Counted from the first letter of the stretch, positions 1-8,154 are shown. The stretch is DNA of 56,707 bases from a virus (IMGVR_UViG_3300043608_000028:1-56707), one strand, 5' to 3'. Notes: generated by a model from the letters alone, not told the origin. Translations and numbers: made by a program.

Positions 1-127
1 TCGGGGATCAAGTACGGCTGGATCACGCCGGGCAAGAACCCGCCGAAGACGCTGGCCCTCGAGTTGGCGCAGCCGTCGCGTGCGGTTCGGAACCTGAGCC
101 TTCCCTTCCGCGCCTACGACGGGATCT
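1..127. repeat. 127-bp terminal direct repeat (assembly overlap), left copy
   Basis: Identical to 56581-56707; 127 is a common assembler k-mer length; a gene reads through the join. Confidence 0.97.
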
Positions 128-381
128 GGCTCGACCAACTCTACGAGTGGTTCGTCAAGCGGTGCCGGGCCGCGCGGGAGAAGGTAGTCATTGCAATCCC
201 CGAGTTGGAACCAGGACTGGACGCAGACGGTAACCCGCACCCTGGTCCGAGGCTGGTTGTGCACGGCAGCTTCGACGGGGCTCGTGGCTACGCGCTCAGC
301 AGCCCCGGGATCCAGGACCTCGAAGCGATCCAGATCATCGAGGACGCCTTCCCGAAGCCCGTGAAGGGCGAGAGCATCTGA
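1..381 (+). CDS. C-terminal part of the tail-tip protein starting at 55642 (wraps the origin, 439 aa in total)
   Basis: 56581-55642=939, so position 1 is in frame with ATG 55642; open to TGA at 381. Confidence 0.85.
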   Translation, partial: SGIKYGWITPGKNPPKTLALELAQPSRAVRNLSLPFRAYDGIWLDQLYEWFVKRCRAAREKVVIAIPELEPGLDADGNPHPGPRLVVHGSFDGARGYALSSPGIQDLEAIQIIEDAFPKPVKGESI

Positions 382-559
382 AGCCAGCCGCTCGCCTTGA
401 TCCTCCTGGGTCCGCGGTCGTGGGGTTCCTCGACGAATGGAAGGATGGCTGGCGCGGGCTGACTCCCGAGGTGTCCGCGTTGAACCGGCGGGCGATGCAG
501 AGGCAGATCCTCACGCTGATCGCGTCCGGTGGGAAGACGGTCGGGAAGGGCGAGAGCCC

Positions 560-904
560 CTAGCGGCGCCTATCGTGGTAGACCAAGCGCCAGTCTCTCT
601 CCTCCGCGATTGTCTCTTCGCGAAATTTCGGCGAGGTGTAGTAGGGGATCGTCTCGAGGCGGCGAGCGCTCAGCGGCTTCAGGCAGGGAATGCTGCGCCT
701 ATTCGGCCAGCGAAGGCCGCGCTCTTTGGAGACTTTCTCCCAAGTCGTGCGGAGTTTTCCTTTCGGGAGTGCGCCATCAAAGGAGTGGGCGAAAACCAGC
801 ATGAAGTCCTGTGCCGGACGATCGATCGCCGTTTTGCACGTGCGGCATACCCTGGCCCCTTCCGCATAGCACGAGCAGGTAAAGCAGTGGGTCTTAGCGC
901 TCAC
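560..904 (-). CDS. hypothetical protein with N-terminal Cys cluster (CFTC...CRTC)
   Basis: GTG at 904 overlaps the stop of the 1164-901 gene (GTGA coupling); 3' part of ORF 560..1213. Confidence 0.55.
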   Translation of the reverse strand: MSAKTHCFTCSCYAEGARVCRTCKTAIDRPAQDFMLVFAHSFDGALPKGKLRTTWEKVSKERGLRWPNRRSIPCLKPLSARRLETIPYYTSPKFREETIAEERDWRLVYHDRRR

Positions 905-1164
905 GAGGTGAATCCTGCCCGCTGCGAGCAGCGAGCGCAACCGAAGTCCACGCGCCCGGTGGCCCGCGACTTCGTGCTGCGCAGGCTCGGCGGGATCTCC
1001 ACCCACCGATGCCCGATCAGCGAGCAAGGGAAGCCGTCCGCCAAGGCGTCGAACGTCTCGCGGGTCGCGCGGATCGCCAAGCCGGCGCCACTGGCGCGCA
1101 GGACGCGCCCCGTCCGGTCGGTGCGACGCCGCTCGCGGCTTCGTAGTTGGGGTTGGGTCTGCAT
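901..1164 (-). CDS. small hypothetical protein with CxxxGHxW...CxxC zinc-ribbon-like motif
   Basis: GGAGG RBS 5 nt before ATG; CSLIGHRW and CARC motifs. Confidence 0.65.
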   Translation of the reverse strand: MQTQPQLRSRERRRTDRTGRVLRASGAGLAIRATRETFDALADGFPCSLIGHRWVEIPPSLRSTKSRATGRVDFGCARCSQRAGFTS

Positions 1165-1178
1165 GGCTGCCTCCTGAT

Positions 1179-1201
1179 GTGGCAGGTAGGGTGGCAGGTT
1201 C
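1179..1201 (+). promoter_or_regulatory. putative integrase arm-type sites (2x GTGGCAGGT)
   Basis: Direct repeats at 1179-1187 and 1191-1199; third copy at 1387-1397 on the other side of the att core. Confidence 0.65.
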
Positions 1202-1302
1202 GATCACGCACAACTATGAATCTCTGGCGCGTGAAACCAGTGCGAACCATGACAATCAGGCGAAAGAATAACGTCCTGCTCGTCCAGGAACGCCACGTTT
1301 CT

Positions 1303-1328
1303 GGTTCGATTCCCACCCGCTTCCGCCA
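1303..1328 (+). other. attP core = 3' end of tRNA-Sec (GGTTCGATTCCCACCCGCTTCCGCCA)
   Basis: T-loop TTCGATT, 5-nt T-stem strand CCCAC, 8-nt acceptor strand CCGCTTCC, G discriminator and CCA give the 8/5 fold of bacterial tRNA-Sec; 5' part absent; 23 nt from the integrase stop. Confidence 0.85.
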
Positions 1329-1351
1329 CTATGTTGTTGCCTGTACTAACG

Positions 1352-2467
1352 TTAGCCTGCTGCGCGACGTCTGGAAATACGCGATGGTGGCAGGTTCACC
1401 ATGCGCACCTTGCGTCCCTTGGGCTGCGCCCCCACGAAAGCGGCCGTCCGGATCACGGCCTCCCGCACGTCCTGCTCGTCCACGATGTTGTACCGATCGA
1501 ACGTGGAGCGCGTCCGGTGCCCCGAGATCTTCATGGCGACGCCCGTCTCGATTCCCGCCCTCACCATGTTGCGTAGCGCCGTCCTGCGGAGATCGTAGGG
1601 CACCAGGCCGGGGCTTAGGCGCGCTACCTTGAGCGCCGCCTTCCAGAGCTTGGAGAAGTCGAGGACCGGCTGGCCTGCGAGCCCCTTCGACGTGCGGTGG
1701 AAGACGAGCAGGCAGTCCAGGCGGCGGGCCTTCCATCGCCGGTCAACGATCTGCCGTAGGGGGCCCTCGAGTGCGAGCACGCGCCCTCGCCGGATCTTCG
1801 CCGCGCGCGGGTCGAGGTTCAGCGTCCAGGCCTCCCGGTCCACCATCTCCCAGGTGAGTTGTCGGATCTCGCCCGGACGCATCCCCGTCCAGTAGAACCA
1901 CTCCACGAAGTCACGGACGTCGGGGTCCTCGATCCGTTTCCGGAGCGCCTGGAAGTCGGCGCGCGAGATGAACCCCTGGCGAGCGTTGCTCACCTTCAGC
2001 AGCGGGATGTGCGGGACGGCCCGGACCCGGGGGGGCGTCCGACGAGCTGCAAGCCGGAACGCCTGGCGGAGGCCCTCGCATCTCCGGTTGACGGTGGCGG
2101 GCGCGGCCCCCGCCTTCAGCCACGCTTCCTGCGCCCGCTCCACCATGGCGGTGTCGAGGTGGCTGGCGCGGGAGGCGCCGAGCCGCTCGCGCACGGCCTT
2201 CATGTGGGACGTCACCTTCGGGGCGGAAGCCGCACCCTTCACGCGGAGGTGGACCAGGAGATCGTCGAGCAGATCGTCCACGGTCGCCCGTCGCTCGGCC
2301 GGGGCGAGGTACTGGCCGCGGTCCTTCGCGCGGCGGAGCTGGACGAGGCGCTTCTTTGCCTGCTCCTCGTCCGCGGTGTGGAGCGACTCCCGGACCCGGC
2401 GCCCGTCCGTGAACGTGCAGGCCCACCAGACGCCGCGACGCTGGTAGATGTAGCCGTCACCGCGCAT
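1352..2467 (-). CDS. int: tyrosine recombinase / phage integrase
   Basis: TGMRPGE, YDLRR, SGH and FDRY catalytic motifs; N-terminal arm-binding-like region MRGDGYIYQRRG; start moved to ATG 2467. Confidence 0.95.
   Translation of the reverse strand: MRGDGYIYQRRGVWWACTFTDGRRVRESLHTADEEQAKKRLVQLRRAKDRGQYLAPAERRATVDDLLDDLLVHLRVKGAASAPKVTSHMKAVRERLGASRASHLDTAMVERAQEAWLKAGAAPATVNRRCEGLRQAFRLAARRTPPRVRAVPHIPLLKVSNARQGFISRADFQALRKRIEDPDVRDFVEWFYWTGMRPGEIRQLTWEMVDREAWTLNLDPRAAKIRRGRVLALEGPLRQIVDRRWKARRLDCLLVFHRTSKGLAGQPVLDFSKLWKAALKVARLSPGLVPYDLRRTALRNMVRAGIETGVAMKISGHRTRSTFDRYNIVDEQDVREAVIRTAAFVGAQPKGRKVRMVNLPPSRISRRRAAG
1387..1397 (+). promoter_or_regulatory. putative integrase arm-type site GTGGCAGGTTC
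   Basis: 11/11 match to 1191-1201; lies inside the 3' end of int. Confidence 0.6.
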
Positions 2468-2484
2468 CGCGATTTCCGAGGGGG

Positions 2485-2955
2485 CTACTTCTTCTCGCCG
2501 CCGCCCATTTGCTTCTGCGCTTCCTCGTCCTGGAAGGTGATCGGCTTGCCGGTCCTGGCCTTGAGGACAGCGAGCACCGTCCGGATGTCGTCCTTGCTGA
2601 ACTCCAGGACCGCCGTCTGGTCGGCCGCCGTCGCGTCCTTCCAGGCCAGGGTGACGTAGTGCTTCCGCGACTTGCCGAAGAGCGCGAGGGGCGACAGGAA
2701 AATCGCTGTCTTCACGCGGCGCCCCGCCTTCTGCCCGTATTCCACCTCTTCGATGGAAGCCCACGGGATGATGATCGGCGAGCCTTCCTTCGGCTTCGGC
2801 GTGAGAACGACCGTGTCGGTCAGTTGGGTGTTGGCGGTCAGCTCTGTCTTGGCCTTGAGCTGCATGGTGCCGCCGAGGTAGGTCGCCTTCCCTTTGTCTA
2901 CGGCGAAGGCGGGAACGGCAAGGGCAACGACGAGAACGGCTGTCAGCGTCTTCAT
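2485..2955 (-). CDS. exported protein (signal peptide) in the lysogeny operon
   Basis: MKTLTAVLVVALAVPAFA|VDK signal peptide; GGAGG RBS. Confidence 0.85.
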   Translation of the reverse strand: MKTLTAVLVVALAVPAFAVDKGKATYLGGTMQLKAKTELTANTQLTDTVVLTPKPKEGSPIIIPWASIEEVEYGQKAGRRVKTAIFLSPLALFGKSRKHYVTLAWKDATAADQTAVLEFSKDDIRTVLAVLKARTGKPITFQDEEAQKQMGGGEKK

Positions 2956-3208
2956 CTTCAACCTCCTGTCGGCCGGGAGGGCGACCGAGGTAATTACGTG
3001 TTGCGTGTGGCCCGAAGCCTACACCCTAACGATCAAACGAAACCAGACACGGGAAGCGAGTACGAGACTTCACGCGGAACACAACCAATTGGGCGGCGAC
3101 AAAGTTGAGGCGGACTGGTCCTGCTGGTACCCCTCTTGCCTGCATGCTGCCGTGCTCGGGCGGCGCTGATCCCTCCAGCGGCCGTCGAGCTTGGGGGTGG
3201 CCATGGCG

Positions 3209-3367
3209 TCAGGCCCCGCGCTTCTTCTTTGGGAGGTGCCCCTCAAGGGCGGCGATCACGATGGCCTGATTCGAGGAGTCCTCGTCCAGGGCCTTCTGGC
3301 GGAGCCGTTTGAGCAACTCCGCTGGCACCCTGACCGAGAGCATCTTCTCAGCCTTCTTCTCCGGCAT
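3209..3367 (-). CDS. Arc/CopG-like ribbon-helix-helix protein, candidate repressor
   Basis: KMLSVRVPAELLKRLRQKA...SSNQAIVIAALE RHH pattern; GGAGG RBS; divergent from the early operon. Confidence 0.8.
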   Translation of the reverse strand: MPEKKAEKMLSVRVPAELLKRLRQKALDEDSSNQAIVIAALEGHLPKKKRGA

Positions 3368-3428
3368 TGGCAACCTCCGAGTCGGAAGGCTATCACCGGG
3401 GCCGCCATCATGCAAGCAACTTTCACAG

Positions 3429-3458
3429 TTGACACGCATGCATGTCTACATGTAGGCT
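3429..3458 (+). promoter_or_regulatory. early rightward sigma70-type promoter with overlapping palindromes
   Basis: TTGACA (3429-34), 18 nt, TAGGCT (3453-58); CTACATGTAG palindrome 3446-55; ATG 7 nt after the -10 with no RBS (probably leaderless). Confidence 0.65.
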
Positions 3459-3465
3459 TCAGGGA

Positions 3466-3999
3466 ATGAGCGCGCCGGCCCTGGTATCGAAGGCAGACAT
3501 CCGGAGGGCGCTCGAGATGTGGCGTGGCGTGGTTGCCGATGCGGCCCGCGCCGTCGCGATTTCAGAGACAGCCTTTCGTAAGCGAATGAAAGCAATGGGG
3601 ATCGGTCAGGAGGCGCTCCTTTTTTTGCGCTCTCCCAACCATCGCACCCAACCACAACCAACCATGCCCATCGAAACCCCACCTGTAGCCACCAAAGGCC
3701 ACAACCATTCAGGATCGCCCAACCGTCCGCCGAAAACTTCGGCCCGAAACTATCCAAGGCCAGTCGAATCTCCTACCTTGCCGAGCGTGAGCACGGATGT
3801 GGTGGTGAAGCGGGCTCCGGCAAGACCGCCGAAGTTGCGCCCCGAACAGGTGGACGTCCTGCGAGAAGCAAGGATCGACATCAACTTCAAGACCAGGGGC
3901 GACGAGACAGAAGAGGACGTGCTGCACCGCTTCTTCGCAGAGGCATTTCCCGATTGGCTGAAGCGCACCCTTGGCCGCGAGAAGAAGGAGAAGGCGTGA
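3466..3999 (+). CDS. DNA-binding protein with N-terminal Fis-type HTH, at the Cro position
   Basis: IRRALEMWRGVVADAARAVAISETAFRKRMKAMGI resembles Fis/NtrC HTH; Pro-rich linker; helical C-terminal domain. Confidence 0.7.
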   Translation: MSAPALVSKADIRRALEMWRGVVADAARAVAISETAFRKRMKAMGIGQEALLFLRSPNHRTQPQPTMPIETPPVATKGHNHSGSPNRPPKTSARNYPRPVESPTLPSVSTDVVVKRAPARPPKLRPEQVDVLREARIDINFKTRGDETEEDVLHRFFAEAFPDWLKRTLGREKKEKA

Positions 4000-4313
4000 C
4001 GGTGACCGCCTACATCCTCCTCGCCGACCAGCTCGACGCGCAGGCCGCCCTCGCCGAGGAGCAGGCCCGGACCCTTCGCGCGCAGGCCGCAGCGTGCCGA
4101 GAGCTGAACACGCGCCCCGCCACGTCGAAGGTGGTGGACATGGGACCGCGCACGCTGACGGTGGCGGACGCCGCTGCTCGGCTGGCCTGCTCTAAGAGCC
4201 AGGTTCGCCGGCTCGTCCACGAGGGCGAGTTGCACGTGGTGCGGATCACGAAGCGCGCCTTTCGCGTCACCGAGGCGGATGTGGTGGCGCTCATTCGACG
4301 GAGGACCGCGTGA
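3996..4313 (+). CDS. excisionase-like HTH protein (HTH_17/MerR-like)
   Basis: LTVADAAARLACSKSQVRRLVHEGELHVVRI...FRVTEADV; GTGA overlap. Confidence 0.8.
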   Translation: MTVTAYILLADQLDAQAALAEEQARTLRAQAAACRELNTRPATSKVVDMGPRTLTVADAAARLACSKSQVRRLVHEGELHVVRITKRAFRVTEADVVALIRRRTA

Positions 4314-4546
4314 TGCCCGCCATGATCGTCCGTTGCGCCTGGTGCAAGGCGGACATGGGGACGAAGCCCTGCGAGCCGTACCAGCACGGTCAGGTCTCGC
4401 ACGGCATGTGCCCTGCGTGCGAGTCGAACTGGTGGGCCACTCATCGTGTCGAGGGGAGAGCGCAGGCGGTGCTCCCTCCGGAGCGGAGAGGCGGTGATCC
4501 AGCTTTTGCCGCCTGCGTTCCCCTCTCGACGCTGGAGGCTGCATGA
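4310..4546 (+). CDS. small zinc-finger protein (CAWC...SHGMCPAC)
   Basis: CxxC...HxxCxxC; coupled start and stop. Confidence 0.7.
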   Translation: MMPAMIVRCAWCKADMGTKPCEPYQHGQVSHGMCPACESNWWATHRVEGRAQAVLPPERRGGDPAFAACVPLSTLEAA

Positions 4547-5427
4547 ACGAATGGGCCGGCAAGACTCCGACCGCCGACCAATGGCGCGACATCCTGGAGA
4601 AGCACGCGCGGTGGCTGAGCGGTAGCGAAGGCGGAACGCGCGCGGTCCTCACGCGCGCGGTCCTCACGGGCGCGGTCCTCACGGGCGCGGACCTCACGGG
4701 CGCGGTCCTCACGCGCGCGGACCTCACGCGCGCGGTCCTCACGCGCGCGGTCCTCAGGGACGCGGTCCTCACGGGCGCGGTCCTCACGCGCGCGGTCCTC
4801 ACGGGCGCGGTCCTCACGGGCGCGGACCTCACGGGCGCGGTCCTCACGGGCGCGGTCCTCAGGGACGCGGACCTCACGCGCGCGGTCCTCACGGGCGCGG
4901 ACCTCACGCGCGCGGTCCTCACGGGCGCGGTCCTCACGGGCGCGGTCCTCACGCGCGCGGTCCTCACGCGCGCGGTCCTCACGCGCGCGGTCCTCACGCG
5001 CGCGGACCTCACGCGCGCGGTCCTCACGCGCGCGGACCTCACGCGCGCGGTCCTCACGCGCGCGGTCCTCAGGGACGCGGACCTCAGGCCGATCCGTGAC
5101 GACCTCTGGGCCGTCCTGTCTTCCGCACCGGCCGAGGCCGCCGCTCTCCGCGCCGCTCTGGTTGCTGGCACCGTGGACGGCTCCACCTACGAGGGGCCGT
5201 GCGCCTGCCTCGTTGGCACTCTGGCCAAGGCGAGGGGCTGCCGCTACGACGCCATCCCCGGTCTGGCCCCGAACGGTGGCCGCCCGGCCGAACACTTCTT
5301 CCTGTCGATTCGGAAGGGCGATACGCCAGAGACGAGCCAGGCCGCGAAGATCGCGTTGGCGTGGGTGGACGACTGGCTTGGTCGGATGCGTGCGGCATTC
5401 GGTCACGCGGATGGGGTGAGCGCATGA
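4543..5427 (+). CDS. pentapeptide repeat protein
   Basis: 30 A[VD]L[TR]x repeats; ILEKHARWL leader typical of phage pentapeptide proteins; C-terminal CACLVG domain. Confidence 0.95.
   Translation: MNEWAGKTPTADQWRDILEKHARWLSGSEGGTRAVLTRAVLTGAVLTGADLTGAVLTRADLTRAVLTRAVLRDAVLTGAVLTRAVLTGAVLTGADLTGAVLTGAVLRDADLTRAVLTGADLTRAVLTGAVLTGAVLTRAVLTRAVLTRAVLTRADLTRAVLTRADLTRAVLTRAVLRDADLRPIRDDLWAVLSSAPAEAAALRAALVAGTVDGSTYEGPCACLVGTLAKARGCRYDAIPGLAPNGGRPAEHFFLSIRKGDTPETSQAAKIALAWVDDWLGRMRAAFGHADGVSA
4642..5091 (+). repeat. 30 x 15-bp coding tandem repeat GCG G(T/A)C CTC A(C/G)G (C/G)(G/A)C
   Basis: Exact 15-bp period over 450 bp. Confidence 0.95.
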
Positions 5428-5924
5428 AGAAGAAGAAGAAGGCGAAGAAGGTGGCGAAGCGGACGCCGAGGAAGCTCACGCTCCTCCTCCCCTGCACAGC
5501 CGACGTGGCGTCCTTCGCGCGGCGGTTTGGATTCTCCACGCAGCAGGGCGTCTCGGGCGAGTACGTGGTCGTACCGCGCGGTTCCACTGCCGCTGGTGTC
5601 GCGCGGGGGATTCGCGAAGCCATGGAACGGGAGCGCCGGGACGCCGCAAGAATCGCTGCCCGCGAGGCGGCCAAACGTGTCGCGCTGCGCGACCACTTTG
5701 ACGAAAAGTGGAACCAGGTCGAGGAGTCGGCCTCCGCAATCGCCGCCTCGCTTCGGGCGAATGGGTCGTCGGTCATTGACGAGTTCGTGCGCGTTTTCAA
5801 TCGCGACATCCGAAGAGGTCCCCTCGGCGACGGGCGCATCAAGCAGGACCCGCGCGTCGAGCAGGCTCTCCCGCCAGCGTGGCTCTCGGCCCCGAGCCCC
5901 TACACCCGCGAGGTGGGCCAGTGA
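5424..5924 (+). CDS. hypothetical protein with Lys-rich N-terminus
   Basis: ATGA overlap; fills the operon. Confidence 0.65.
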   Translation: MKKKKKAKKVAKRTPRKLTLLLPCTADVASFARRFGFSTQQGVSGEYVVVPRGSTAAGVARGIREAMERERRDAARIAAREAAKRVALRDHFDEKWNQVEESASAIAASLRANGSSVIDEFVRVFNRDIRRGPLGDGRIKQDPRVEQALPPAWLSAPSPYTREVGQ

Positions 5925-6118
5925 AGCACGCCTTCTCCCCGGAAGCCGAGCGCGATCTCGAGGAGGTTGCGGCCAGGGCTCAGGCGTGGCGTCGCGCCCA
6001 AGCCAGGGCCAAGGCACGGGCCGCGGCGGCCGCCGTCTGGCGATCGGTCTTCGGTGACGTCCTGGTCGTCGCGGTGGCCATCGTCGCCGTCTACCTGATC
6101 CTCTGGGGTGGCCGGTGA
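5921..6118 (+). CDS. small membrane protein
   Basis: GTGA overlap; C-terminal hydrophobic helix. Confidence 0.65.
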   Translation: MKHAFSPEAERDLEEVAARAQAWRRAQARAKARAAAAAVWRSVFGDVLVVAVAIVAVYLILWGGR

Positions 6119-6549
6119 TCGTTGAGATGACGAGGGGCGAGCGGATCACAGGTGAGGAGCCTGCCGCGGGGCGTGCGTCGGCAATTCTGCCGGGCACCCT
6201 GACAGAAGACGCCCCTCGTCTTCTCAGCGATCACCGCGTGCGCATTGCGATCCTCAGCCACGTCGCGGACCAGCACGAGGCCGCGATCGCGCACGCCGCC
6301 ATGACGCTCCGGGACGGGCTCGAGCGGATGGAGGGCCGGATGGAGGGCGTCGCCGCGGCGCGGTCGGTGGTCGCCGTGGCCGAGATGCTTGCCGCGGCTG
6401 TGGAGACGGAGCGGGCCGCCCTCCTGGATCGGCTGAGGGATGCCGCGGCGCTCCTCCGGGCTGGCGTGCGCGTCGAGACCTTCGTGCCCGTGGTTGAGGC
6501 CATCGGCGTTCTTGAGGGCGCCATCGCGTCCCTGGAGTCGAAGGCGTGA
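6115..6549 (+). CDS. hypothetical helical protein
   Basis: Coupled at both ends. Confidence 0.65.
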   Translation: MIVEMTRGERITGEEPAAGRASAILPGTLTEDAPRLLSDHRVRIAILSHVADQHEAAIAHAAMTLRDGLERMEGRMEGVAAARSVVAVAEMLAAAVETERAALLDRLRDAAALLRAGVRVETFVPVVEAIGVLEGAIASLESKA

Positions 6550-6851
6550 GCGCCCGCCTGGTCGCTTCGAGTCCGACCACCACGGCGCGCGTCCGCCTCC
6601 GCCTGGTGCCCCGCTACGCGCCGTCTCCTGTAGAGCTGCCCGATCCCGAGGCCCACGGCGAGGAGGACCGCGCCAGCATGTGGGTGCTCGGCTGGTTCGC
6701 CATCGCGTTCATGGGGGCGCTCGTCCTGATGGGGCTGTGGTTCGGGGCCCGCCGGCTGCACGAGGCGAACCCTGCGCTCAGCGCTGCGCTGTGGATGACG
6801 GTCATCAACGTCTTCCTGCTGTACGTCGTCGCGAAGGCGGCCAGCCGGTGA
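6546..6851 (+). CDS. membrane protein (2 TM)
   Basis: Two hydrophobic helices; GTGA overlaps. Confidence 0.7.
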   Translation: MSARLVASSPTTTARVRLRLVPRYAPSPVELPDPEAHGEEDRASMWVLGWFAIAFMGALVLMGLWFGARRLHEANPALSAALWMTVINVFLLYVVAKAASR

Positions 6852-7189
6852 GCGCCCCAAAGCCCGGCGCCATCGGCCCCTCGTCCATCGCCCGCATCGC
6901 TGGGAACATCCTGAGCGGGTTCGCCTCGATGCCGGGTCGGATGATCTCCGAGCCAACCAACAACGCGTGGGCCAATGAATCCCTCCGGCTGGCCCGCTAC
7001 ATCGCCGAGAAGGCCGAAGCGCCGGGGGGCGAGAGTCACGTGCCCGAACTCCTGGCCGCCCTGAAGGCCCTGCGAATCGACGCCAATCGCCTCTGCGACC
7101 GAAGCCTCGGAGGCACGTACGAGGATGACTGCCGGCGAGCCATCGCTGGGGCTGACGCCGCCATCGCGAAGGCCGAGGGCCGCTCGTGA
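6848..7189 (+). CDS. hypothetical phage protein
   Basis: PELLAALK...AAIAKAEG C-terminal pattern common in phage early genes; coupled. Confidence 0.7.
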   Translation: MSAPKPGAIGPSSIARIAGNILSGFASMPGRMISEPTNNAWANESLRLARYIAEKAEAPGGESHVPELLAALKALRIDANRLCDRSLGGTYEDDCRRAIAGADAAIAKAEGRS

Positions 7190-8154
7190 GCACTGCGCCC
7201 GCGATCGTGCATTCCGCGCGCGAGCAGTGGCGCCTCGCCAGGCGCGAGCACGTCACCGCTAGCGACTGCGCCGCGATCCTCGGGGTTGACCCCCGCCGCG
7301 GGCCGCTCAGCGTCTACAGCGAGAAGCTGGGGCTCGCCCAGGACGGTGACTCGATTCCCGCCCGGTGGGGCCGGCGGATGCAGGAGGCCATCGTCCTGGG
7401 CTACCGCGAGGAGACCGGCCGCTTCGCCGAGGACCGAGATCCCTACGAGCTGCTGCGCCACCCTGATCTGAAGTGGCTCGGCGCAACGCTCGATGCGACG
7501 ACCGCGGGCAGCCAGTCGAACCCGGCTCCGGTCGCCTGGGAGGACCCCGCGACCTCGCCCGGGAATCCCCTGGAGATCAAGGCAATGGGGGAGTGGCGTC
7601 GCGAGGCCCGCGACGAGGAGATCCCGCTGCCGGCGCAGTGCCAGGTGCAGGTGCAGATGGCGTGCGCCCGCGCCTCTTGGGGTTCGGTGGCCGCTTTCGT
7701 GGGCATCACGAAGCCTGTGCTGTGGGCCGACCTCCCACGGAACGACGCCTTCTTGGCCGCCGCTCTCCCGGTACTGGAGCGGTTCCGCCAGCGCGTGCTC
7801 GCCCGCGATCCTGACCCCGCGTGGGCGGACTCGAAGCCGTCCACGGCCGAGGCAATCAAGCGGCTGTGGCCTGGCGAGAACGGGAAAACGGTCGCCCTGG
7901 ACGGCGAGGCGAACGACCTCATGGATGCGCTTGAGCGGGCGCGCGCGCAGGGTCGCGAGTCGGAGAAGGCGGAGCGCGCGGCCGTGGCTGCGATTCGCCT
8001 CCGCATGGGCGAGGCGTCCTTCGGGGGACCGTTCGGCGACGGCAGCTACATCCGGCAGCACCGCGTCGGCAGGGAAGCGTACGAGGTAGCGGCCACGAGC
8101 TACGTCACGGTTTCGAGGTGGAGGCCGAAGGTGCGGCGGGGAAGGCGCGCATGA
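7186..8154 (+). CDS. YqaJ-like viral recombinase / lambda-type exonuclease
   Basis: WRLARREHVTASDCAAILG, GATLD, LEIK, QVQVQM motifs. Confidence 0.9.
   Translation: MSTAPAIVHSAREQWRLARREHVTASDCAAILGVDPRRGPLSVYSEKLGLAQDGDSIPARWGRRMQEAIVLGYREETGRFAEDRDPYELLRHPDLKWLGATLDATTAGSQSNPAPVAWEDPATSPGNPLEIKAMGEWRREARDEEIPLPAQCQVQVQMACARASWGSVAAFVGITKPVLWADLPRNDAFLAAALPVLERFRQRVLARDPDPAWADSKPSTAEAIKRLWPGENGKTVALDGEANDLMDALERARAQGRESEKAERAAVAAIRLRMGEASFGGPFGDGSYIRQHRVGREAYEVAATSYVTVSRWRPKVRRGRRA

Noticed and set aside
1-127. Terminal repeat as a biological DTR
   Set aside because: The length equals a common assembler k-mer and it falls mid-gene; HNH-terS-terL suggests cos ends elsewhere
363-563. 13-bp direct repeat GAAGGGCGAGAGC (363-375, 545-557) and a 47-codon ORF at 420-563 that also ends KGES.
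   Set aside because: No RBS or recognisable motif; could be a small duplication scar but the support is too thin
1303-1328. A phage-encoded tRNA gene
   Set aside because: Only the T-loop to CCA is present; no D-arm, anticodon arm or 5' acceptor strand
1530-1610. Integrase YDLRR instead of HxLR as a sign of inactivation
   Set aside because: Tyr at this position occurs in tyrosine recombinases, the other catalytic residues are intact, and attP is complete
2468-2764. N-terminal extension of the integrase in the ORF track
   Set aside because: Overlaps the well-supported exported-protein gene; ATG 2467 gives a normal integrase length
4642-5091. CRISPR array or DGR repeat
   Set aside because: No spacers, in-frame coding repeat, no cas or reverse transcriptase gene in the genome
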